DNA of 64,000 bases from Candidatus Latescibacterota bacterium. GTDB lineage: Bacteria; Latescibacterota; UBA2968; GCA-2709665. Where the stretch lies: assembly GCA_963662665.2 (NCBI GenBank), contig CAXXJS010000053.1, forward strand, positions 32,469 through 96,468, in the 5' to 3' direction. Shown in pieces: positions 19,102 to 29,720 of the stretch (its first letter is position 1; every line of letters starts with the position of its first letter). The translations under genes were made by a program, and so were the position numbers. The notes under the pieces were generated by a model. That model worked only from the letters and a program-made list of their open reading frames with translations, did not search any database and had not been told where the DNA came from.

Positions 19102-20379
19102 TTATGCCGACCTCCCCGCCGCACGGACGCCTTCCTTTTCGTCTACCCACTTCAATAGCACACTTCCTGCCACGAATAAGACCGCGACGATCGATACACC
19201 CGCGCGCTGGGACTGGAAGATACGCGTGAGTTCGCCAAGGGCGAGGGGTCCCAGAAAGGCCGTGGCTTTGCCCGAAAAGGCGAACAACCCGAAAAACTCG
19301 TTCTCCTTTTCCGGCGGGACAAATCGGCCCATGAGCGAACGGCTGGCGGACTGGTTCGGACCGGCAAAAAACCCGACCAGGATACCGGAAATCCAGAAAA
19401 CGGTTTTGTCTTGGGTGAAGATTGCCATCAGCGTCGCCAGGATGAGAAACACAAGGCTGATCTGAATGGTGCGTTTGCCGCCCAGCATATCGTCCAGGAA
19501 GCCCATCGCAAACGCCCCGATACCCGCGGCAACGTTCAGGACGATGCCAAAGACCATGATTTCGGTGAATGTGAAGCCGAAGGTGCCAACCGCGTAAATG
19601 CCGCCGAAGGCAAAGATGGTGATTAGCCCGTCGTTGTAGACGAGGCGGGCAATAAGCAGCTTGATGATTTCCTTGTATTGCCTGGCATCTCTGAACGTCT
19701 GACCGAGTTGGCGGTAGGTGGACGCCAGAACCCCGCACGTTTGGAATGCGCGGGGTTTTTTTTCTCGTACCCAGAGAAAGATGGGGACGCTGAAAACCGC
19801 GAACCAGACGGCTACCAGCAGGTTGGTTGCGCGAATGTTTGCGCCGTCCTCCGATGTCAAGCCGAACCATGGCGTTTCCGGGCTGACAAAGCCGACCATG
19901 GCAATGGCCATTGCGATGAGACCGCCAATATAACCCAGCCCCCATCCGTACCCGGATATACGCCCAATGTATTCCCGGGGCGCGATGTCCGGAAGAAAGG
20001 CGTTGTAAAAGACGTTTCCCATTTCAAAGGCGAAATTCGCAACTGCGAACCAGAGCAGCGCTCTAACGACCTGGCCCGGCAGTACCGTGTAGAGACCGGT
20101 GGTTGCAGCGATCGCGATGATCGTGGAGAAGAGCAGGAAGCCTTTTCGGTAACCGCCGCGGTCGGCAAGGGCGCCCGCCAGCGGTGAGACCAGCGCGACG
20201 GCGATGGCCGAAAAGGTGACGGCTCTGGACCAGAGGGTGGTACCGATGATTTCGTTTGGCGCGACGGATTTTACAAAGTACGTGGAATAAATGAAGGTAA
20301 CCACGAGAGTGGTAAACGCGGAGTTGGCAAAGTCGTACATTGCCCAGGACACGACGGTTTTTTTGTCAATCCTGTTCAA
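19102..20379 (-). CDS. MFS transporter (UMF1/Atg22-like)
   Basis: SWAMYDFANSAF, FYNAFLPDIA, GWGLGYIGG, YNDG, SASRS; multiple TM segments. Confidence 0.9.
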   Translation of the reverse strand: MNRIDKKTVVSWAMYDFANSAFTTLVVTFIYSTYFVKSVAPNEIIGTTLWSRAVTFSAIAVALVSPLAGALADRGGYRKGFLLFSTIIAIAATTGLYTVLPGQVVRALLWFAVANFAFEMGNVFYNAFLPDIAPREYIGRISGYGWGLGYIGGLIAMAIAMVGFVSPETPWFGLTSEDGANIRATNLLVAVWFAVFSVPIFLWVREKKPRAFQTCGVLASTYRQLGQTFRDARQYKEIIKLLIARLVYNDGLITIFAFGGIYAVGTFGFTFTEIMVFGIVLNVAAGIGAFAMGFLDDMLGGKRTIQISLVFLILATLMAIFTQDKTVFWISGILVGFFAGPNQSASRSLMGRFVPPEKENEFFGLFAFSGKATAFLGPLALGELTRIFQSQRAGVSIVAVLFVAGSVLLKWVDEKEGVRAAGRSA

Positions 20380-20407
20380 AGGCGGGTGAATCCCTTCCTA
20401 TAAACAC

Positions 20408-20565
20408 AGGGGCGACCACAAGGGTCGCCCCTACAAATGCGCATTGGGCGCAGCGGGTGACGTGTTGTTCCGGCGGTTTATCAGGACAACGCTTGTCTCC
20501 CCCTTTCCTTCAGGAGAGGGGGCCGGGGGGAGAGGTCCCGGGAGCGAGGGCATCTTGCCCTCGCC
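20408..20565. repeat. Cluster of REP-like hairpins
   Basis: AGGGGCGACCACAAGGGTCGCCCCTAC; CCCCCTTTCC..GGAGAGGGGG; CGAGGGCATCTTGCCCTCG. Confidence 0.65.
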
Positions 20566-20665
20566 GTGCATATTCCGGGCTTGCTATTCACGGCGCTGAT
20601 GTCAACGGATCTGGTCTTTGATTCAAGCTGACTGCTTATGGCTGATAGCTGTCTTTGCCTGATTG

Positions 20666-23548
20666 CTAAAACTCCGCCGTGAGTCCAACGGACAGCAGAC
20701 GCCCGATCTCGGGTGCTCCAACGAATTCGCGGTGTTTCTGGTTGAACATGTTGGATGCGTTCACGACGAGCTCGACGGTTCCATCCGTAATCAGGGACGG
20801 CAGTTCGTACCTGACGTTTGTGTCGAAGACGAGGGCGGACTTGACGTCGCCGATGTAAACACCGGAGTTCATGGGAAATCCGCTGCGACCCCGGAGGCGT
20901 AAACCGAAGCGGACCCCGGGTTCGGGCAAATTGGCGGATGCGCCCAGGGTGAATTTGTTTCGGGGGGCATTGAGCGCAATGTCCGCGATGCCGGCCAGAT
21001 TCTTGAAAAGGTCCTTGTTAACGTGCGAGTAACTGCCCGTAAAGGTCCAGGTTTCGTCGGCGTAGTAGGCAAAGCTGACGTCGAAGCCGTAGAATTCCAC
21101 GTCGCCGAAGTTACGATAGGTCAACATGACCGCGTGGGGATCGGAAGCTTGAAGGGGTGAAACGGTGCCAAAGGGGATAAATGCGGCGCCGTTGTTATTT
21201 GTGCCGGCCACGAAGAGACGGGTGATTTCGTCAATGGGTGTGTTGTTTCCGTTGCCGCCCTGTTCCGGCATATCGAGGACGCCGAGCGCTACGGCCAGAA
21301 GTGCCGCGGAGGGGTCCTGCAGGGCTTGCGCGACAGCGGCGGAAAGCGAGGCCGAGAGCGCGTTGGGATCCAGGAAGACGTTCGGCGTTTCCACACGCAG
21401 CGGCGCGACGAAGTCGTGCGTGCGGGTACGGTACACGTCGGCCGCAAACGCGAAACGGTTACCGAAGATACCCTTGTAACCCAGTTCATAGGTTTCAGTG
21501 ATCGTCGGCCTGATTTTTTCAATTTCCCGAATGGTGGAAGCACCCAGATCCGGGACCGGATCGAAGGCTGCCGTTGATGGATTCAGAACCCTGAGGGTAT
21601 TCCTCAGGCCCGGCAGGGTCTGCGGTATAATATTCTGAAAACCTGCCGCCAGCGCCTCCACCTGCGCGGCCGCGATGGCGGGTATCTGTTCCGCGGGGAC
21701 CCCGGCGGCCGTAAGTTGCCCGGTTATCAAAGCGGTTGCAAGTTGCTTCAGGGATGGAAGGGCCGCGGCCATGACGGCGCTTCGACCGATTCCCCACATG
21801 ACGTTGCTGAACCTCGCGTCGTTCATCCCGATCTGGTGGGAAGGCGAAAGGCCGATCACCTGGGCGAACGGCGAACGGAAAGTGGGTACGCCGCCGGCGT
21901 CGCGGCTCCATGTAAATCCATCCTCGGTGCCCTGCGCGCGGACGTCGAAGCTCGGGCTGAATCCCAGGACCGGTTGAAAGCCGCGCCCGGTGCCGAAGGC
22001 GTCCCTGGCCTGTGCGACGTCCAGAAAGAGGTTGTTTGTGGAAGGCGTGCTGAATGCCCGATTGAAGGTGAACCTGACAGTCTGCAATGGATCGGGTTTT
22101 AGGACGACCGCGGCCCTTGGCGAGAAAACGCGCTCGTCGACGTGGTTGTGGTCGTCGTACCGGGCGGCCGCCACCAGGGTCAGATACTCGTTGATCGTGC
22201 TCTCCCCTTGCACGTAAACCCCGTATTCGTCGATATTGTCGCGGGTCTCATTGGAACCGGTTATGGTCCCTCCGGTTTTCGGACGCGTGAACAGGCCGTC
22301 CACCCCGTAGGTAATCCGGTTGCGGTCTGCCACGCTCAGGCTATGCTGGGCCTGGAGGACCGTAAAGGATGACGTGTCAACGATCGGGTCGTTTGACCGG
22401 AGGAGTTTGGTATCCCCGGCGTCGCTGCCGTTGTGAAAGGCCTGAATGAATACGTCCTTGAACAGCAGGCGGCCCTGCAGGGAGTAGTTGGACCATCCGT
22501 CGGCCTGGCCGGCGCCGATTCCAGTCATTTCGATACTGTTGATCTGCGCAAAACCGCTGGAAAAAATGGCCGTGAAGTCCTCGGTTGGACGAACGTCAAG
22601 TCGCAACTCCCCGCTGATTCGGCTCACGTCGTAGTCCCTGGGATTCCTGCCGCGCAGCCGCACCTCCTCCGGGTCTTCGTATTCCCAGTCTGTTCCGGAA
22701 AAGTATTGGCCCGAGAGTTTAACGCCGACCTTTTCGGTTGAAGCCGCGTGCCGGAACGAGATTTTCCGAAGGTCGCGTTCTCCGCCCATGACACTGACTG
22801 ATGTTCCTTCGGACCCGAAGGGAGACCGGGTAATAATGTGCATCACGCCGTTTGCGCTGTTCGGCCCGTACAGAGCCGATCCGGGTCCCAGGACGACCTC
22901 GACGCGGTCGACGTCGTGGTTTGTAACCGGGATGAAGTGATGTGCATTGAACCGGAGAGAAGGCACTCGCGAAATCCGGTTGTCCACCAGAGTAAGCAGC
23001 GTTCCGGAGAACACGTTGTTGAAGCCGCGCGCCACGGTGTTGGCCTGGAACAGGCCGGTTTGGGCGTTGTCCACGCCCGCAAGCCCCACGACGTAGTCCG
23101 CGGCGCTCAGCCCGCGCTGCGCCTTCACGGCCTCGGATTCGACGACAGCGACCGAGGCCGGCGCATCCAGGACTTTTTCCCGCCGGCGAGAGGCGGAAAC
23201 GACAATCTGTTCGCCATAAAGAACCTCGACGTCCAGCGAGAAGTCGAGGTTGATTGCGCCGCCGGCGGATATACGGACGTTGCTCCGGGTCGCCGTCTCG
23301 TATCCGACAAAGGAAACGGAGATTTCGTAGACGCCGTCCGGAAGGTCTGCGACCTTGTACATGCCGTTCACATCTGCGACGACTCTGATTGGAGCCTGCA
23401 GAGCCGCGCTCTGGACAATGACGTTGGCGCCGTACAGGGCATCGCCTCCCGCGCCTGTGATTTCTCCGTTGATGGAACCCGTGCCTTGTGCGAAGGCAGG
23501 AGCGACGAAGCACAGGAGCAGGGCCATGGCCTTTCTTGCGGATGTCAT
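20666..23548 (-). CDS. TonB-dependent receptor with N-terminal carboxypeptidase-regulatory-like domain
   Basis: Signal peptide, SFVGYE, plug motif DRVEVVLGPGSALYGPNSANGV, C-terminal Phe; AAGGAG SD. Confidence 0.92.
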   Translation of the reverse strand: MTSARKAMALLLCFVAPAFAQGTGSINGEITGAGGDALYGANVIVQSAALQAPIRVVADVNGMYKVADLPDGVYEISVSFVGYETATRSNVRISAGGAINLDFSLDVEVLYGEQIVVSASRRREKVLDAPASVAVVESEAVKAQRGLSAADYVVGLAGVDNAQTGLFQANTVARGFNNVFSGTLLTLVDNRISRVPSLRFNAHHFIPVTNHDVDRVEVVLGPGSALYGPNSANGVMHIITRSPFGSEGTSVSVMGGERDLRKISFRHAASTEKVGVKLSGQYFSGTDWEYEDPEEVRLRGRNPRDYDVSRISGELRLDVRPTEDFTAIFSSGFAQINSIEMTGIGAGQADGWSNYSLQGRLLFKDVFIQAFHNGSDAGDTKLLRSNDPIVDTSSFTVLQAQHSLSVADRNRITYGVDGLFTRPKTGGTITGSNETRDNIDEYGVYVQGESTINEYLTLVAAARYDDHNHVDERVFSPRAAVVLKPDPLQTVRFTFNRAFSTPSTNNLFLDVAQARDAFGTGRGFQPVLGFSPSFDVRAQGTEDGFTWSRDAGGVPTFRSPFAQVIGLSPSHQIGMNDARFSNVMWGIGRSAVMAAALPSLKQLATALITGQLTAAGVPAEQIPAIAAAQVEALAAGFQNIIPQTLPGLRNTLRVLNPSTAAFDPVPDLGASTIREIEKIRPTITETYELGYKGIFGNRFAFAADVYRTRTHDFVAPLRVETPNVFLDPNALSASLSAAVAQALQDPSAALLAVALGVLDMPEQGGNGNNTPIDEITRLFVAGTNNNGAAFIPFGTVSPLQASDPHAVMLTYRNFGDVEFYGFDVSFAYYADETWTFTGSYSHVNKDLFKNLAGIADIALNAPRNKFTLGASANLPEPGVRFGLRLRGRSGFPMNSGVYIGDVKSALVFDTNVRYELPSLITDGTVELVVNASNMFNQKHREFVGAPEIGRLLSVGLTAEF

Positions 23549-23711
23549 AAACTCACTCCTTACAGTTGGAAGTTTGGGTTTCGGCTTTGACGATAACGTT
23601 CGGAAGTTGATGGGAGCACATTGCGGGGTTTTCGATAGGTCCGGCACGCGGTGGGGGAGTCCGCTGCGCCTGGTTTTCCGGCTGGATCCTGCCGTTACCC
23701 TTGTGGATCGT

Positions 23712-24287
23712 TCAGACGCTGCATCCGCCACCCTGGCCCGGCGCGCGGGACAGGGTGGCTTTGATTGCGCCCGCCAGCGGTTCGGCTGAATCCAGAAATT
23801 GTCGCTTGCTCGAGAATACGCGTCCGCCGATCTGTTCGCCGGAAAGCCTGGGTATCAATTGAAAGTGGAGATGGGAAAGTTGTCCCGAACACATCGTCAC
23901 CTGATAGACCTTGTCGCAGGACGTTACGGTTTTCAGTGCCCGGGTCAGCCGGAGCATGATCGCCATCAACTCGCTGCCGAATTCGTCGGACAGCGCGGCG
24001 ATATCCGGAACATGGGGTTTGGCGATAACGATTGTGTGACCCAGGCCCCGGGGGTATTGCTCGAGGACCGCGAAACACCGCTCGTTTTCGAACAGCAGAG
24101 TACCGTCCGAGTTCGACGTTGCTTCTCCCCCGGCGATCCGGTGACACGTATGGCACACCTCCTGCTCGATAAGCCGGTTCCATCCGCGACCGCGCTCGAC
24201 GCGCTTGCGCAACTCGTCCTCCGTGGCAGGTCTTACACAGCCACGCAGACGATCGAAGTCCGCCACCGCCGGTTTACCGTCTCCCAT
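23712..24287 (-). CDS. HIT family protein
   Basis: CHTC, YPRGLGHTIVIAKPH, HLHFQLIPR. Confidence 0.8.
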   Translation of the reverse strand: MGDGKPAVADFDRLRGCVRPATEDELRKRVERGRGWNRLIEQEVCHTCHRIAGGEATSNSDGTLLFENERCFAVLEQYPRGLGHTIVIAKPHVPDIAALSDEFGSELMAIMLRLTRALKTVTSCDKVYQVTMCSGQLSHLHFQLIPRLSGEQIGGRVFSSKRQFLDSAEPLAGAIKATLSRAPGQGGGCSV

Positions 24288-24398
24288 CTATTCGCCGGTT
24301 TCGCAAATTGCGACAGTGATTTTTCTTAATATAAGGAATTTATCATTTTCTGCCCGAAGAAATCGATAATTTCGCAGAATGCGGGCGGGTAACACGAA

Positions 24399-27300
24399 CT
24401 AAGGCAGCGCGATTTTCCCCAGGTATTCCCTGAGCCTGGGGGGAACATGCTTTCGTATCAGGGTTTTCTCCAGCGTCCAGGCCGTTTCCGGATCGAGTTT
24501 CTTCTCGAAGTGAACTGATTTTCCTTCGTACCTCGCGACGGGTTCTCCATCGCGAAAGAGAATCCGGTTACCCGGAGTCGCGGGTATGCGTTTACCCGGC
24601 GTAACGACCCCCACAAGGTTGACCGGATCGCAAGCGCTGACCGATACGAGTTCGCCCCGTTTCTTTTCGCGCTTAAGCGACCGGATGACCGTGATCGCCT
24701 CCGGGAGCGCGTACTGCTCTCCCCATCTTTCCACAAATCGGCCTCCCCGCACCTCGCCTCGGTCCTCCATCCTCCTCAAGACCCTTACCAGATCGCGCCA
24801 CGGCGGTATCCCGTTCTCTCTGGCCAGTACCCGCCTGAACACAACCCCGTAACGTTTAAGCAGAATCCGCGCGCATTGTTCGATATCGGCCTGATCCTCG
24901 AATTCGGCGTCGATCACGGACCACCGGCCTGCCTGCTCCATACCAAAGACCGGTCCCCGATTCCGTCGGAACCGCACCTTGAATTTCTCGGGTATCAGAA
25001 GCGCCCGCAGACCTGCGAAGCTGTCGCACGTGAGCAATCCGCCCGCCACCAGTTCCGCGATGGCGCTCTCGATTTCGCTCCTGAGCATTTTCGACCTGGC
25101 AAGGACGTCGTGATAGAACAGCGCGCCGCCGGCTTTCAGACATTCGAGTACCGTTTGCGCGGACGGGGTCAGGACCGGCCCAGAGGACTCATGTGGGCGG
25201 AACGGCCAGGCCGGGAAGGTGGTTCGATTCACCAGGGTGATCGGCGTGGTGCGAATTGGCGTGTTTCCCGCCTTGACGCTCTGTGTCCGGAGATAACGGC
25301 CCCACATGGTCTTCCCTGATAAGCAGCAGGTATCCAGCCATACGTGGTCGTAGTCCTTGATGCGTGACGGCAGGACGTCGCTCTCCCACGCGATGGCGGG
25401 ACAGGAATATCCGTCGAGTTGATCCAGAACTTCATTGAGCGCTTCGGGACCTTCCTTCCGGGTGCCCTCCGTCAGGCTGTGCCAGCGGAGCAGAAACCGC
25501 AAGTAATCCGACGAGGAAATGGGCTTGATCGCTCGCCGCAGCTTTTCGAGCGTATATCTGTGGATGCGCGCAAGCAGGCGGCGCTCGCACCATTCCGTTT
25601 CGGCATCGGAAGGCTGATCCGGGGAGAAGTGTCCCCTGATCGCAAAGCCTTCGGATTCCAGAGCGAGAAGGGCCTGGTCGATCCTCTCACTGGAGAGGCC
25701 CAGGTCCCCGGCGATCCCGGTCGCGGTTGTGGGACCCAGCAGTTCTATTCTGCCCCTGACCACGTCCGTGAGTACCTGTTCCGAATGTTCCGACGGGAAT
25801 TCCCGGATGGTGTCGGGAACCGTCGTCCCGGCACGTCCAACGGCTTCTCCATAAAGGAGTTCAAATTGCTGAATTCGTTCGATTGCGATCCAGAACCTGT
25901 GGCCGTCCTCCGGGTCGACGGGTACGGCCTGGCCGGACGCCACAAGCGTTTCCAGGTGTGGGCGCCACGTCCCGTTGCCGCCTTCCATCACTTCCGCGTC
26001 GGTCAGGAACCCGTGCATCACCAGAACGTCGTAAAGCTCGTCCGCGTCCGTAACCACGGGCCAGGCCTCCGCCTGCACCGCCTCGATCGCGCCTTTTTCA
26101 AGCTTGCCCAGCTTCCTGGCGTCTTCGGGTTCGAGCCATCTACGGGTTCTGACGGCCTGTACCCGCCTTTCCTCCAGGGGCGCGTCGTCGAGAAACGCAT
26201 ACGGCCGCGCGTTGAGAATGCCTTCGGACATCGGAGAGGGCTCGCGCAGGTCGCGGGCGGAGATTTCGATTTCACCGTTGTGAATCCTCTGGAGAAGACG
26301 TTCCAGGGCACCCACGTCCATCGCCTCGTACAAACAGTCATGAATAGTCTGGTACACCAGAGGATGGTCGGGCACCTCGCGGTCGCCAGGGATGTTTTCC
26401 AGGCAGGCGAGCTGATCGGGAAATATGAGCGCAAGCAGGTCTTCGGCGTCGGAACGCTGGATCTGGGGCGGAACGCGTTCTCCGCCCCTTCGCCTGAGTA
26501 CGGCCAGCGCGGTGGAGGCGTTCCATCTCCAGCGCGCCTGGAACATCGGTGCATCCAGGAGGGCCTGTACGAGAACCTCCCGAACCGTCCGGTCGTTCAG
26601 ATAATCCACCACTTCCTTGAGAGGGAAGCTGTGCGTGGGCCCGAGGGAAAGCACCAGACTCTCTTCGTTGGCCGCCGCCTGGAGTTCGAAATTGAACTTG
26701 CGGCAGAATCGTTTTCGAAGGGCGAGCCCCCACGCCCGGTTCAACCGGTTTCCGAAAACCGAATGAATGACGAGGTGCTGGTCGCCAACCTCGTCGAAGA
26801 ATCGCTCCAATACGATGTGCTTCTGAGATGGCACGAGGTCCAGAGATGCCTTTGTGGCAGCGAGGTACGTCACCACCTGATCGGCCGCCTCCGCGCTTGC
26901 GCCGACGGATTCGGTCAGCCAGGCGACGGCGTCTCGTTTCCACTCGCCGGACCCGTCGTCATCGAGCACATCCAGGTCTACGCGTGCTGACACTTCTTCG
27001 CGGACGCGGGAGACTGCCGATGAGAGTTCCGCGGACCTGCCCGGAGCCTCGCCGATCCAGAACGGCATTGTGGGGGGAAGGCCGTCGGCGTCTTCGACGC
27101 GCACCTTTCCCGTTTCCACCTTGAGAATTCGCCAGGACGCCGTCCCCAGCTGGAAGATGTCACCCGGAAGGCTTTCTACTGCGAAGTCCTCGTGTACGGA
27201 CCCGATCTGGACGCCAGACGGTTCGAGCCGGACGTCGTAGTCGAACTGGTCGGGAATCGTTCCACCTGACACGGTCGCATTGAGGCGGGCGCCTTTCCGG

Positions 27301-28730
27301 GCCCTTAGTGTCTGAGTGACCGGATTGAAGTGGAGGTATGATCTTCGCGTGCCGCGCCTGAATGTGAACCCTTCAACGAGCATCTGGACGACGCCGTTGA
27401 ATTCTTCAATGCTCAGGTCGCGGTAGATGTACGACTTCCGTACGAGGTCGTAAAGGGCATCTGCGGTATCGTCCTCGCAGGCGACTTCCGCCACAACCTG
27501 CTGGGCGAGTACGTCCAGCGGTTTCTCGGGGATCGGGAGCTTGTCCAGTTCTCCTCTGCGAACACTGTCCAGCAGCGCCACCGCTTCGACCAGTTCGTCC
27601 TTGGTGAGCGGAAATAACTTTCCCCTGGGCGTTCCCTCGAGGGTATGGCCGGATCGGCCAACGCGCTGGAGCAGCGTGGCAATTGACTTGGGCGACCCGA
27701 TCTGAACGACCAGATCGATGGATCCTACGTCGATGCCCAGTTCGAGAGATCCCGTGGCCACCAGGGCCCTTAGTGCGCCGGCCTTAAGCCTCGTCTCCGC
27801 ATCTTGGCGTTTCTCGCGGGACATGCTCCCGTGGTGGGCGGAGACGACATCGGATCCCAGCCGGGAGGAAAGATGATGCGACAGGCGTTCGGTCATGGCG
27901 CGTGTGGGAACGAATATCAGCGTCGTCTGATGTTCGACGATCGTACTTTCCAAAGACCGATGGATCTCTTCCCAGACCTCGTTGGCCATCACCGCCGTGA
28001 GTGGGGACTCGGGTAATTCGATCTCGAGTTCAAGCTCGCGCCGGTGCCCGATGTTGAGGATCTTGCATGGATCCTGGTCGCCGGTGAGAAATCGCGCCAT
28101 CCGCTCGATGGGTTTCTGGGTGGCGGAGATGCCGATCCGGTGGATGGGGTTCCGGCTGAGACGGGCGAGTCGCTCCATGGAAATGGAAAGGTGGGCGCCG
28201 CGTTTGTTACCGGCAACGGCGTGGATCTCATCCACGATAAGGGTGCCCGCGTTGCTCAACATTTCCCTTCCGCCGTTGCTTGTCAGCAGAAGGTAGAGGG
28301 ATTCCGGCGTGGTCACCAGGACGTGGGGGGGCGTCCTGACCATTTTCGCCCGTTCCGTGGCCGGGGTGTCTCCGGTCCGGACCATCGCTCGTATGCCGGC
28401 GTGCGGATAACCGTGCTGTTCGAGGAGCGCCTTTATGCCTTTGAGAGGAACCTGCAGATTGCGATGGATGTCGTTGCTGAGCGCCTTCAGAGGCGATACA
28501 TAGACGACCTGCGTCCGGTCCTCCAGCTTGCCATTGAGACTACGCTCGAACAGATCGTTCAGGACGGCAAGAAATGCGGCGAGTGTTTTTCCGGACCCGG
28601 TCGGCGCCGACAGCAGGACGTTCCTTCCGTTCAGAATCTCAGGCCAGGCCAGCGACTGGATTTCCGAAGGGCCGTTGAAATTCTGATTAAACCACTGTTC
28701 GACAAGGGGATGGAAGCCTCTTAGGGACAT
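24399..28730 (-). CDS. lhr: Lhr-family ATP-dependent helicase (long form)
   Basis: APTGSGKT, SPLKALSND, DEIH, SAT, HHGS, LELGID, QRVGRSGH; long C-terminal region. Confidence 0.9.
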   Translation of the reverse strand: MSLRGFHPLVEQWFNQNFNGPSEIQSLAWPEILNGRNVLLSAPTGSGKTLAAFLAVLNDLFERSLNGKLEDRTQVVYVSPLKALSNDIHRNLQVPLKGIKALLEQHGYPHAGIRAMVRTGDTPATERAKMVRTPPHVLVTTPESLYLLLTSNGGREMLSNAGTLIVDEIHAVAGNKRGAHLSISMERLARLSRNPIHRIGISATQKPIERMARFLTGDQDPCKILNIGHRRELELEIELPESPLTAVMANEVWEEIHRSLESTIVEHQTTLIFVPTRAMTERLSHHLSSRLGSDVVSAHHGSMSREKRQDAETRLKAGALRALVATGSLELGIDVGSIDLVVQIGSPKSIATLLQRVGRSGHTLEGTPRGKLFPLTKDELVEAVALLDSVRRGELDKLPIPEKPLDVLAQQVVAEVACEDDTADALYDLVRKSYIYRDLSIEEFNGVVQMLVEGFTFRRGTRRSYLHFNPVTQTLRARKGARLNATVSGGTIPDQFDYDVRLEPSGVQIGSVHEDFAVESLPGDIFQLGTASWRILKVETGKVRVEDADGLPPTMPFWIGEAPGRSAELSSAVSRVREEVSARVDLDVLDDDGSGEWKRDAVAWLTESVGASAEAADQVVTYLAATKASLDLVPSQKHIVLERFFDEVGDQHLVIHSVFGNRLNRAWGLALRKRFCRKFNFELQAAANEESLVLSLGPTHSFPLKEVVDYLNDRTVREVLVQALLDAPMFQARWRWNASTALAVLRRRGGERVPPQIQRSDAEDLLALIFPDQLACLENIPGDREVPDHPLVYQTIHDCLYEAMDVGALERLLQRIHNGEIEISARDLREPSPMSEGILNARPYAFLDDAPLEERRVQAVRTRRWLEPEDARKLGKLEKGAIEAVQAEAWPVVTDADELYDVLVMHGFLTDAEVMEGGNGTWRPHLETLVASGQAVPVDPEDGHRFWIAIERIQQFELLYGEAVGRAGTTVPDTIREFPSEHSEQVLTDVVRGRIELLGPTTATGIAGDLGLSSERIDQALLALESEGFAIRGHFSPDQPSDAETEWCERRLLARIHRYTLEKLRRAIKPISSSDYLRFLLRWHSLTEGTRKEGPEALNEVLDQLDGYSCPAIAWESDVLPSRIKDYDHVWLDTCCLSGKTMWGRYLRTQSVKAGNTPIRTTPITLVNRTTFPAWPFRPHESSGPVLTPSAQTVLECLKAGGALFYHDVLARSKMLRSEIESAIAELVAGGLLTCDSFAGLRALLIPEKFKVRFRRNRGPVFGMEQAGRWSVIDAEFEDQADIEQCARILLKRYGVVFRRVLARENGIPPWRDLVRVLRRMEDRGEVRGGRFVERWGEQYALPEAITVIRSLKREKKRGELVSVSACDPVNLVGVVTPGKRIPATPGNRILFRDGEPVARYEGKSVHFEKKLDPETAWTLEKTLIRKHVPPRLREYLGKIALP

Positions 28731-28902
28731 TCGTTTTCCTCATCCGGTGTCTGCGGACGCCGGGGCAGGATGTTCTGGCGGACATGGAAGGGGATCATCC
28801 GTTCACCAATATAACGAACAGCCACTCCATGCGCAAGACATTGGATTGCGATTTCCAATGCATCCCTGAACCGGCGCCTGGAACCTGTGGCCGTGAAGCT
28901 AT

Positions 28903-28970
28903 ACCCTGAGCCGCTCCCTGAACACTCGCCCTGTGCCTGTCGAAGGATGTCGAAGGCTTGGCGAAGGGTA
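28903..28970 (-). repeat. CCCTTCGAC-type intergenic repeat
   Basis: Tandem CCCTGAGC/GTCGAAGG units; reverse-complement relative at ~44318-44336. Confidence 0.55.
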
Positions 28971-28973
28971 TCA

Positions 28974-29702
28974 TCACGGCCTGAACGCATCCCAGTGGGT
29001 GATCGAGTCCTGCCACGCCTCCCGTTCCGCCATCGGCCGGTCGTGTGAACGGTCGAAATAGATCGCGTTCATGCCCAGCGATTCCGGCCCCAGAACGTCG
29101 TTGCGAAGATTGTCTCCGATAAACAGGACGTTGCCTGCACGGTCGTGGGTGAGACCGGCCCGGCGGAGCGCTTCGCGATAGATCTCGGCGCCGGGTTTCC
29201 TGAATCCGATTTCGGCGCTGTCCACGACGAACTCGAAATCGCACAACAGTCCGTGAACGGCCAGCAGCCGTTCCGGCCATCCCGGCAGGTAGAAATTCGA
29301 GACGACTCCCATTGAAACTTTGCCGCGCCACGACGCCAGCATCGCCTCGACCCCGGGGGTTGGCCGGACCTGCTTCGGATACGCCTTCTCGAATTCGTCA
29401 ACCATTTCCTGTACAAGCCGATGAACGGGCTTTCGACCGGTCTTTCCCGAAGCCGCCAGAACATCTGTCAGACGGTCCGGGAGCAACACCTCCCTGGAGT
29501 TGTTTCCGGTCAACCGCGTTTTCCGCCAGCGCGAATACGCATTCACGAAGTCGCGCGTCGTGGCGAAGAATCCCTCCCGGACCGGCAAATCCAGAATCGA
29601 GCTCAATCCGGATTCGTCTCCGGTTTCGTCGAAATCGTCCAGGAGCGTATTGAAGCAATCGAAGAAGATCCAACCGGGTATGTGTTCGGGCATGGGGTCC
29701 AC
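28974..29702 (-). CDS. HAD-superfamily hydrolase
   Basis: FFDCFNTL, VVSN, RKP, FIGDNLRNDVLG. Confidence 0.88.
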   Translation of the reverse strand: MDPMPEHIPGWIFFDCFNTLLDDFDETGDESGLSSILDLPVREGFFATTRDFVNAYSRWRKTRLTGNNSREVLLPDRLTDVLAASGKTGRKPVHRLVQEMVDEFEKAYPKQVRPTPGVEAMLASWRGKVSMGVVSNFYLPGWPERLLAVHGLLCDFEFVVDSAEIGFRKPGAEIYREALRRAGLTHDRAGNVLFIGDNLRNDVLGPESLGMNAIYFDRSHDRPMAEREAWQDSITHWDAFRP

Positions 29703-29720
29703 GAATGGTTTCGCAGGGTT

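Noticed and set aside
23550-23710. Cobalamin riboswitch ahead of the TonB-dependent receptor
   Set aside because: No B12-box consensus found in the leader
24399-28730. Functional link between the Lhr C-terminal glycosylase-like domain and the dcd island
   Set aside because: About 9 kb apart, different base composition, no shared regulation; Lhr looks like a core gene
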